Source: Macrostomum lignano
Lineage: Eukaryota
Direction of reading: 5' to 3'
NCBI GenBank assembly: GCA_002269645.1
Contig: NIVC01002906.1
Span: 62,001 to 126,000, forward strand
Length of the DNA: 64,000 nucleotides
The notes below the pieces were generated by a model. The model made no database searches. It was not told the origin of the DNA and worked only from the letters and a program-made list of their open reading frames with translations. Position 1 is the stretch's first letter. The number at the start of each line of letters is the position of its first letter. Positions 25,544 to 36,266 of this stretch are shown here, in pieces. A program made the position numbers and the translations under genes.

Positions 25544-28500
25544 TCGACAGATTGGCAATTTATTCTTGGGAGGCTGCAGTCGGTCTTTCTCGTGGGCCTA
25601 CATGACGCAGCTCTCACTGCCGCAGAGGTGCTAAGAGCAATTGGAGAGCTTCGGCTTCCATCACAGCGTCCCGACCCACAACGCCTCAGATTACTGTACG
25701 GTGAGCAGACAAGCTCTACATCCTTGCTAGATCGGTACGGACCTCACGGCATGACCATCCAAACGACGGGAATTGGAAACTGCTTCTTTGAGTCTGTGGC
25801 GCTTGTACTGACTGGCAGTCGTGAATTTGCTCTAGAGCTGCGTGTGCGCACGGTTATTGAATTGCTCCTAAATTATCGCCAATACGAAGTCTTTTTAGAG
25901 AAAGAAAATGATCTGATTCGAGAGCCTAGTATGACCGCAGTAGTCACGAATGTCATGACTCTAAATTCAGCAGTCGACTGCACTGCAGTTTGTGCCGCTG
26001 CAGAAGTGGTACATGCGGCAATCGCATTTACGTTTCCGCAACTACCGGGAATTGCAGCTACTCTTGCTGGCGTCCTCAAGCGAACATTTTCTCCACGTTC
26101 TGCTATCACTTCACAAGGGGAAATATCCTTGCTCTGGACGAGGGCTGTCGAATGGCCCTACTCAAATGGAAACGGGTGGATTCCCAACCATATCTGCCCA
26201 TTTTTTGGAGGCCAAAGTTTAACAGCAACTGAAGCGGAACCGCAAGTGCTGAGTTCAGAATCACCTATGGAAGATTGTGATGTAGACATGGGGTCTTCAA
26301 GTGCTGCAATGCATGAAGCAGTGGTCGGTAAAAGTCTGCCGGCTGCATCTTGCTTTCTTGGAGTACCGGCAGTAATTTCCGCTGCTTTGAGCTACAATGC
26401 TATCAGGACACCCCCAACGCAGCCAAAAGAGGATGGAATATTTTCTGTGAGCCTAAGTGCGAGTGAAGCGGCAGAAGATGGATGGCGATGGTTGGAGAAA
26501 AAAAGCATTCACAACCGCATTTACGCTAGTGATGGCCGACTGCTACAGCAGTCTGGTGACAATTTCTTTTGGAAGAGGAGATCCGGCCGCCAGTACTCGG
26601 AAGAAATATTGGCCCGCGGCGAGGCCGTTTATGAAATTAGGCAGTTCACCCGTAAGCACGCTTCACAGCCACGATTTGTACAACGAGCATCGGAAGTCCG
26701 CATGCTGCTGCCAGAGGATCGTTTGGTGTCAAGTATCATTGAATACAGCTGGAATGGCGAGCCGGCACCGTTGTGGAATCCACCTCATGGCAATGCAAAG
26801 AAGAACTTTGATTCTCAGCAAAAAGCTGCAAAGAAAAGCTTAGACGAAGCCGCACGTCAGCTTGCAAGCGGTGTGCCTGTGGGGCAAGTCTTGAAGAACG
26901 TTCCAGATCTCCGTGGACGTCAACAATTGCATGGAATCAAAACGAGACTGAGACATAAAGATGAGTCTTTGCTGAGCCAAGAACCATGGACAGTCTTGAT
27001 GAAGATGTGCTGGAGCAACGAAGGTGCGGCACGTTATGTTCGAGGATTTCACACAACATCAGAAGGTAACACTTCAGTGTGGATTTGGAGTGACGCTCAA
27101 GTCTCTATTCTGAATAGCCAGGCCGGAAAAGGGAACCCTATTTGCATTGATACGACGTTTGGTGAGTGCGCGTTTGCTACGTTCATTACTTTCGCTGATC
27201 GTAGGCTTGTTCAGAAAGTTTCTGGAAAGAATGCTACCCTTTTCGGGCCTGGCTTCATTCATACAAAAGAGCGAGATGCTGAGTCTTTGGAGATGTTCCT
27301 TCGCAAACTGAAAGCTTTGGTTCCGAACCTTGATCCAATCTTTTTGTTCTGATCAGGACTCTATGATCATGAAACGGGTCAAGGAAATTTGGCCAAACCG
27401 GATTCACCTTCTCGGTAGAGAGCACCTTTTAATGAATCTGGCGGACAAGTGTCGTAGTTTGGGGATGTCCAATGCTGCTCGACACAGCGTCAAGTCTGAC
27501 TTGTTCGGTCCGGCGTCTTGTGCTGACAGACCTGCCATTCTAAGTGCCGAGAACGAAGAGATTTTTGATGACCGCTTGAAAGAATACTCCAAGCAGTGGA
27601 GTTTGCTCAGTCCTGCAATCACGAATTGGATCGTAGTAAGTACTTCTTTCATATCTACTATAGTTTTGCTAGATTTTAATTGAGGAGGCAAGCAAAACTA
27701 CTTGCATAGAACCAGTTGGAGCTCAGAGATAAAGTATCTCTACACTATCTGTTAGCGATCGGCGCGCATGCAAATTCTATTCCCAATTTTCAGGATCGTG
27801 CCGATATCTACAAGGAGCATGCGTCCAATTGGGTACTGGAAGAAGCAGGAGTCGAATCTGCTTGGCAACAGGCCCAAGAACGAAAAAACCGATCGCTCAA
27901 AGAACAACGGTCACAGCACAAGAAACGCTCACCTGTGGATCTTGCAAGCGAAATGATCAAGCTGGCAGCAAGTGAGGAAGAAGAGGAGAAAGCCACTTTA
28001 ACTGGCAGTAGCGCGAAAGTAAGAATTGCGCCGCAATTCTTACGCTTTGCTGTCGACTCGTCAGATTGGATTCTGTTCACTGACGAGGAGAGAACGAATC
28101 ATATTGCTCGATTCAGAAATTCCACGTACGTTACAAGCACACGCTCTGCAGGCAGCATGGTTGAACTACCCCGTGCGTTGCCTCGTTGCCCTCCCAATAA
28201 AAGAAAAGGGAAGAAACGAAACAGTCGCTTAGGGCGAAATCGTACTCCAGCATTGAATGAGCGGCAACAAATTCAACTGACAGTGCCAAGTCCTGAAGAT
28301 AGCAGTGACTCTGAGGTTCAAGTCCTGCAGCCTGCAGCTGTATCTGCTCAGCAGAATGCCTTTGTGCGAGTGCAGCCAGCCGGTGGTGTGCAGCCAGCCA
28401 GTGGTGTGCAGCCTGCTGCATCTGCTCAGCAGAATGCCTTTGTGCGAGTGCAGCCAGCCGGTGGTGTGCAGCCAGCCAGTGGTGTGCAGCCTGCTGCATC

Positions 28501-29409
28501 TGCTCAGCAGAATGCCTTTGTGCGAGTGCAGCCAGCCGGTGGTGTGCAGCCAGCCAGTGGTGTGCAGCCTGCTGCATCTGCTCAGCAGAATGCCTTTGTG
28601 CGAGTGCAGCCAGCCGGTGGTGTGCAGCCAGCCAGTTTTGTGCAGCCTGCTGCATCTGCTCAGCAGAATGCCTTTGTGCGAGTGCAGCCAGCCGGTGGTG
28701 TGCAGCCAGCCAGTGGTGTGCAGCCTGCTGCATCTGCTCAGCAGAATGCCTTTGTGCGAGTGCAGCCAGCCGGTGGTGTGCAGCCAGCCAGTGGTGTGCA
28801 GCCTGCTGCATCTGCTCAGCAGAATGCCTTTTTGCGAGTGCAGCCAGCCGGTGGTGTGCAGCCAGCCAGTGGTGTGCAGCCTGCTGCATCTGCTCAGCAG
28901 AATGCCTTTGTGCGAGTGCAGCCAGCCGGTGGTGTGCAGCCAGCCAGTGGTGTGCAGCCTGCTGCATCTGCTCAGCAGAATGCCTTTGTGCGAGTGCAGC
29001 CAGCCGGTGGTGTGCAGTCTACTTCTACTTTTGCTGGTAATGGAAATTCGCACTACTGGGAGAACAATGAAGAATTCTGTCTTGAGCTGGCCTCACCCCG
29101 CTCGGTTCAATGCGCCGCTTGTCTGCACCCCATTGTATTTTTAGCTCTAGTCGCGGGAGAGCGGCTAGTACTCCGACACACTGAACATTTTCTGTATCCC
29201 ACTGGCCCTGCTAATGACAAGTGGTCCAGCACCACAGGCTTACAGCACGGAAGCTACAATGTCGCTTTTACCACGCGCGCCGTGCCTGCATTTTCAGTCG
29301 CTTCCGTGAGGCATACTTTGCACAAATGCCCATTCGGCTTGCTAGTGGTGTTCGAGCTGAATTGGCGCGCCATCCAGTAGACTTTTTGCACAAGGATATC
29401 CCTAATTAA
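25544..29409 (+). CDS. Transposase polyprotein ~1260 aa: vertnin-like OTU protease, putative WRKY/GCM1-like DNA-binding region, MULE DDE domain, 26-aa repeats and C-terminal C2HC zinc finger; one 74-nt intron (27636-27709) and two 1-bp homopolymer frameshifts
   Basis: OTU: GIGNCFFESVALVLTGSREFALELRVRTVIELLL...W...PNHICP. DNA-binding-like: DGWRW...PPHGNAK. DDE: CIDTTF (D at 27149), CSDQD (D at 27351), GREH in place of the CxxH motif, and QERKNRSLK (E at 27878). Frame restored by removing one T at 27341-27345 and adding one T at 29266-29269. GTAAGT/CATAG intron is phase 0. Start codon not identified. Confidence 0.82.
28328..29017 (+). repeat. 78-bp in-frame coding tandem repeat (QPAASAQQNAFVRVQPAGGVQPASGV), ~9 copies
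   Basis: Seen directly in ORF 27716..29380. Confidence 0.95.
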
Positions 29410-30803
29410 CAGCATGTATTAGTGATGACTCTACTTTATGAATTAATATTTACAATTTGCAAGTCGTGTATACAAAGTACTGATTGTTGTCATGCTTTTC
29501 ATTGTTTGTGTAACTGCCCTGCTTATGATCGTCGTCGGCGCCCCATACCGATAGTACGAGTGTACTCGAGGTAAATATAGTTTTAATAGCTTAGTTTACA
29601 GTGCGCAAGGAGTTGCTAGATTAAGACGTTGGTACTGACAATTCACGCTTGCTGTTTCTTATTCTTTGTTACTGTTGTGTCTACTTTTTGGCGGCGTTCC
29701 CTTGGATCAGAGGTGTCAAGCGGTAGGCTTTTAATCTATTTACACCTTCACGGTTTTTTATGTTTAACTGATGCCAAATGCCTAATTCCTAGCGCCTAAT
29801 CTTAGCTTTCACGGCTTTAATTGTTAGTCCCTATTTTGAGTCTTCACGACTTCAGTATAGTCCCTATTCCAAGTACTTCCTATGAATCTCCACAACTTCG
29901 GTATTCCCTAGAAAAGAGTCAACATAGGTTTGTAGGTTTATAGGATTTAGCGGAAATTTATTTGAGAGCTAAAAAGCATATTAAAGAAATTACGAGTCTT
30001 CAACAAGATGGTATTTTTCCCGGCTCAGATAGAGCCTTTATGTAGAAATTGTGCGGGAGCACCGGTCAGCCGTAATCGGTGGAAGCGCAGTTAAAACAAA
30101 AAAAGCACAGGGAATATTAACAAAAGCAAAATTACAGCAGAAGATAACATTATAAAACAAATATACGGGAAATTCTATGATTGATCGTAATTCCCGTCCG
30201 ATTACTACTACTTTTAATTTAGTTTACTACTACTATTAGTAAACTAAGTTTTGATTGGTTTGCCACTAATCAATCATCTCTCCAACCTTTGCTTCGGGAT
30301 TACGTCACGCTTCCAACCCTAACACACTGTGCTACTATGCGAGCGTTGACTTTCATATCTCGTATTTTGATCCTATAAATGCACAAGCAATTAAAAAAAT
30401 TGCTCGAGTAGGGTTTCTCTAGAGGCTGAATTTCCGGTGACTGTTTACAAATTCATTTTACGCGCCTTACTTAATCTCTGTATTTCTTCCCTTGGTTTTA
30501 CTATTTACTGCAATTAGTACACTATTTAATATTTATTGCAATTAGTACACTATTTAATATTTATTGCAATTAGTACACTATTCATTATTGATTGCAATTA
30601 GTACACTATTATATAGCTGTGTGAAATGCGCATCATATGTATTCCATTCTGTGGTTCTGTTGATCAAGAATGATAAAGTCATTGGTAATAAAACAGAAAT
30701 AGACGAACGTGCTTTTATTCTGACAATGGACCTAACAAGCTACGATGAAAAGACAAACGCGTACGCTGCATCAGCTTTTTTTCATTGATCTCGTCATTAA
30801 TAG

Positions 30804-33800
30804 GGCACCTCTTGAAGAGGGTTGCTGATTGAAGAGATGCTGGCACCTCTTGAAGGGGTGCTGATTGAAGAGATGCTGGCACCTCTTGAAGGGGTGCTGA
30901 TTGAAGAGATGCTGGCACCTCTTGAATGGGGTGCTGATTGAAGAGATGCTGGCACCTCTTGAAGGGGTACCGAATGAAGAGATGCTGGCACCTCTTGAAG
31001 GGGGTGCTGATTGAAGAGATGCTGGCACCTCTTGAAGGGGTTGTTGATTGAAGAGATGCTGGCACCTCTTGAAGGGGTGCTGATTGAAGAGATGCTGGCA
31101 CCTCTTGAAGGGGTGCTGATTGAAGAGATGCTGGTACCTCTTGAAGGGGTGCTGATTGAAGAGATGCTGGCACCTCTTGAAGGGGTGCTGATTGAAGAGA
31201 TGCTGGCACCTCTTGAAGGGGTACCGAATGAAGAGATGCTGGCACCTCTTGAAGGGGTTGCTGATTGAAGAGATGCTGGCACCTCTTGAAGGGGTGCTGA
31301 TTGAAGAGATGCTGGCACCTCTTGAAGGGGTTGCTGATTGAAGAGATGCTGGCACCTCTTGAAGGGGTTGCTGATTGAAGAGATGCTGGCACCTCTTGAA
31401 GGGGTACCGAATGAAGAGATGCTGGCACCTCTTGAAGGGGTTGCTGATTGAAGAGATGCTGGCACCTCTTGAAGGGGTGCTGATTGAAGAGATGCTGGCA
31501 CCTCTTGAAGGGGTTGCTGATTGAAGAGATGTTGGCACCTCTTGAAGGGGTTGCTGATTGAAGAGATGCTGGCACCTCTTGAAGGGGTGCTGATTGAAGA
31601 GATGCTGGCACCTCTTGAAGGGGTGCTGATTGAAGAGATGCTGGCACCTCTTGAAGGGGTGCTGATTGAAGAGATGCTGGCACCTCTTGAAGGGGTTGCT
31701 GATTGAAGAGATGCTGGCACCTCTTGAAGGGGTACCGAATGAAGAGATGCTGGCACCTCTTGAAGGGGTTGCTGATTGAAGAGATGCTGGCACCTCTTGA
31801 AGGGGTGCTGATTGAAGAGATGCTGGCACCTCTTGAAGGGGTGCTGATTGAAGAGATGCTGGCACCTCTTGAAGGGGTTGCTGATTGAAGAGATGCTGGC
31901 ACCTCTTGAAGGGGTGCTGATTGAAGAGATGCTGGCACCTCTTGAAGGGGTGCTGATTGAAGAGATGCTGGCACCTCTTGAAGGGGTGCTGATTGAAGAG
32001 ATGCTGGCACCTCTTGAAGGGGTGCTGATTGAAGAGATGCTGGCACCTCTTGAAGGGGTACCGAATGAAGAGATGCTGGCACCTCTTGAAGGGGTGCTGA
32101 TTGAAGAGATGCTGGCACCTCTTGAAGGGGTTGCTGATTGAAGAGATGCTGGCACCTCTTGAAGGGGTGCTGATTGAAGAGATGCTGGCACCTCTTGAAG
32201 GGGTTGCTGATTGAAGAGATGTTGGCACCTCTTGAAGGGGTTGCTGATTGAAGAGATGCTGGCACCTCTTGAAGGGGTGCTGATTGAAGAGATGCTGGCA
32301 CCTCTTGAAGGGGTACCGAATGAAGAGATGCTGGCACCTCTTGAAGGGGTGCTGATTGAAGAGATGCTGGCACCTCTTGAAGGGGTTGCTGATTGAAGAG
32401 ATGCTGGCACCTCTTGAAGGGGTGCTGATTGAAGAGATGCTGGCACCTCTTGAAGGGGTTGCTGATTGAAGAGATGTTGGCACCTCTTGAAGGGGTTGCT
32501 GATTGAAGAGATGCTGGCACCTCTTGAAGGGGTGCTGATTGAAGAGATGCTGGCACCTCTTGAAGGGGTACCGAATGAAGAGATGCTGGCACCTCTTGAA
32601 GGGGTGCTGATTGAAGAGATGCTGGCACCTCTTGAAGGGGTGCTGATTGAAGAGATGCTGGCACCTCTTGAAGGGGTGCTGATTGAAGAGATGTTGGCAC
32701 CTCTTGAAGGGGTGCTGATTTATGGGGTGCTAATTTATGAGGTGTTGAGGTTAATCAGTTATTCTTCTTTATGAAACCATTATAGTTGCTAATACAACAC
32801 TTTATGAAATTTTTAACTATTGTACAGCAGTAGCTCAGTATAATTAAGAAGAAAATTTGTGCTTTTGAAGATTTTGGTGCAGTAAAATCAGAAATATTTT
32901 ATTTATATTTATTAGAATTAAGTTTTGTTTCCTTGCAGCCAAGCAAAAATTGAACCTTTTTTGAAACATTTCTAGATGAGAAATTAACTATTAAATACTA
33001 AATAGTGATAAGTACTGATAAGTACTGTTGGAAGAGGTGCATATGTGATGCAGCTCAAGCCTCATATATAAGCATGCCATGAGCATGTATTTTAATAACT
33101 AACAGTATAACCAAACGTGATATGCAATTCTACAATATATAAAACCTTAAATATGTCAGCATGGTATGGTTAAAAGTTAAAAGTTAAAAGGCACTATTTG
33201 ACTATAGTAATATTTTTTCGGGCAGCTTTGGGGCGCAATTCATAAGACCATTTAGGGATCAAACTTTTAGGGCGATTTTAGGGGTAATTCTTAGTTGAAA
33301 CCAGATAGTCTTAGGCTATAGTCCAAAATTATATTAAATTAGATTGAATTAGATTTGAATTAAGATTAATCAAATTAGATTGTCCAGTGAATGCACATGC
33401 GGCACTCTTAAATTTTAGCGTTAAGAATATTATTTTTAAAATAACTATATGTGCTTAATAATTAACTGAATTAGCTAATAAGGAAAATGCCTAGATGTAT
33501 ACACGACAGTACCCCATACTCTTGAACTACTGACAGGAGTTCTAGGACTGCTAACACAGTTAGCACAGACCGTGCACGTGCTGCACGCGCAATTTAAAAT
33601 AGAAAATTTTAAAATGTTCGTTTGTTTGTGTTGCCAATACATAACAACGACCTTGGTTGCTACATCAAACCAGCAGAACAGTTTATACAAAAAAATAAAC
33701 AGAAAAATGGGTGTCAAATTTTGGTATTGGGGGGAATATAACTATTATCACAGCAAATTAATTGGGTCCGGAGTGTTTTGGTTCAGAATAACAAACGGCT

Positions 33801-33985
33801 GGCCTTCAATTTCTGCAGCAATTGAATATACTATTTAGAAACAGATATATAAAAATGGACGCGCTTAGCAAAGCCCAATAATTTTTGGTCTTGGGGGGTT
33901 AAAACGTACAGCCAAGATAGATTTTTTGGCTGTGGAGTATTTTTGGCTCTGGAGGGTTTGGCTCTGGAGGGTTTTAAAGTCTACC
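30804..33985 (-). repeat. Right modular TIR: ~53 copies of the 36/37-bp unit (30804-32720) plus ~1265-bp unique arm
   Basis: Inverted copy of the left TIR. The only difference I noticed in the unique arm is C5 (~23441) vs G6 (~33729). Confidence 0.93.
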
Positions 33986-34242
33986 TGAGGAATGCCCAAC
34001 GATAACCTAAAGTAGGTTAATTAAGAAAATCTTGAGGGAAAGCTCTTTAATTGTTTTATTTTTAAGCAAATTACTTCTAAGTATAAACTATATTAGTCAC
34101 AAAGTGTTTAAATAGTTTGTTATAACGGTATAAAAGCGTCCTTAGATTATTTGCATTTTTGTTTACGCGACCATTAAATCAGTAATAAAAAGTTGTAAAG
34201 GTTAGGTATTGAAAGAAAACATTCCTAAACTAAATTTTCGAG

Positions 34243-35905
34243 ATGACGCAGCCAACTATTTTTGATCATTTAATTTCATATTTAGAGCATCCGTTTTTTC
34301 AGATTCCTGTAATATCTTTCTGCGAACAGAAATGCATTTGTAAGTGACAACAGCAGTAGCACTAGCAGCATGTATCACTTTTAATATGATGTAATATAAA
34401 GATGTTTTGCAAACACGAAGCTGTGTAAAGTTATATTAGGAATTGGATGCAAAGAATAAAAAGCGAATTTTAAGAAATCTATTTGCTTTTAATTAGCATA
34501 ACAATGCAATGATCCCACTTAAATGATCTTATAAGATACAGTGCTATCTATATTTTTAGACGCTTGAATGCTGAGCCTAAAAGATTTTGAAATAACACTG
34601 TTGGTTAAGGAACTTTTCTCTTTTATTTTATTTATGTGCATGAAATATCCTAACCAATGATCCTAATAATGACCAATGATAGAGAATTGCATTGCATTGT
34701 ATTAGTAAATATAGTCAAAAAGTCAAATTTTTGTTAGAATTATTAGAATGCCCCTTCAAATAACTACAATGGTTTTGAACCAATTCAAACTACTTATACA
34801 AGATCTTAATAAATATGAAATTTTAATTTTTGCTGTCAAAGTATGCCAATTGAGTCATTGACTATTCAACAAAGTTGAACTTTGTTTAGCTTATTAGCCA
34901 TAAAAAATCTCTAATTTATGCTGCCAATCAATCAAAAGATAATATTTAACAGTTGAAAATTGTTATTTTTTAACTTTGTTTTCATTAATTTTTTGCATTT
35001 CATATGAATACAAAAGTTAATTGGACATAAAAAATTATTAATTTAGGCTTCAATCCAGGCACGGAAGATTGTCCAGAATACAAGCGCATTCATAAGGAGT
35101 ACATTGAAGTGGTGAGTTCACAAATGCTTATTTTCCGTCTCAGTTATCTGAATACTTGAAAGTTGCCAAGAATTCTAAGAACTCCGACCAACTAATTCAT
35201 CGCAGCTCACGGCCATACTGGACGCCTTCCGCGAGGACATGAAACTCTCGCACGACCAGGTGATCAAAGCCGTGCAGGATATCGACAGCGTGCAATCCGA
35301 CTTTCGCGAATATTTTCGCGGCATCGAGCAGGTGCTGGCCATGGAGAGCTACCCGCTGTTTGTGCGCATGATGCAGCGCTGCAACATTGAGCTGCAGGAG
35401 CAGGTCAGCCGTTTGTAAAGGTCTCCCCCTCCTTTAGGCGGAGACCTGAAAAAATCAAAGGGGGACCAAGCACATTTTAGCTAAATATAGAGCCACCCCC
35501 TCCCCCCCGTGGGTCTTTACTCTCCGGAATCCGCCCCCCCCCCATTTAAAAATATTCTGGTTGCGCCACTTGAATAAATTTCATTTGAATAAAAAGGCAG
35601 TTCAACACACACCGTCAACTTTCAGGCGCTGCTGCTGATCCTGCAACGCCAGGGCGTCCAGACGCCCGCCGGGCAACCCAACCTGCAGAGCGAGGACGAA
35701 ATCCTGGCGATGGTTCTGCGCCAGTCCAAGCAGGAGTTCGAGCGCGAGGAGGCCGCCAGACGGAGACGGACTGCCGCAGAGGAGTCGCTGATCAGCCGGC
35801 AGGAGGCGGAGGCCATCGGGGAGGCGCAGCGCCGGGAGCACGCTAGACTGGAAAAAGTTAGTTAGTTAATTAGTTAGTCAGTCAGTTAGTTAGTTAGTTA
35901 GTTAA

Positions 35906-35986
<81 letters not shown>

Positions 35987-36010
35987 CTGTTAGTTAGTTA
36001 GTAAGTTAGC

Positions 36011-36058
<48 letters not shown>

Positions 36059-36083
36059 CAGTCAGTCAGTTAGTTAGTCAGTC

Positions 36084-36130
<47 letters not shown>

Positions 36131-36157
36131 CAGTCAGTCAGTTAGTTAGTTAGATAT

Positions 36158-36198
<41 letters not shown>

Positions 36199-36227
36199 CA
36201 GTCAGTCAGTCAGTTAGTTAGTCAGTC

Positions 36228-36266
<39 letters not shown>

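Larger units (their letters stand above)
23191..33985 (+). mobile_element. Complete 10,795-bp Mutator-superfamily (Foldback/Phantom-like) DNA transposon
   Basis: 9-bp TSD TGAGGAATG at 23182-23190 and 33986-33994. Termini GGTAGACTTTAAAACC / GGTTTTAAAGTCTACC. ~1.27-kb unique inverted arms plus inverted 36/37-bp arrays. Internal MULE-type transposase gene. Confidence 0.93.

Noticed and set aside
27330-27353. Programmed ribosomal frameshift between the two halves of the transposase
   Set aside because: The shift is +1 at a T5 run with no clear slippery heptamer or stimulator, and several other homopolymer indels occur nearby. Error or mutation is more parsimonious, though not excluded.
30715-32774. 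Long ORFs (549-661 aa) on the minus strand and their mirrors at 24400-25634
   Set aside because: They are stop-free read-throughs of the TIR array in all three frames, start at non-ATG codons and have no domain content.
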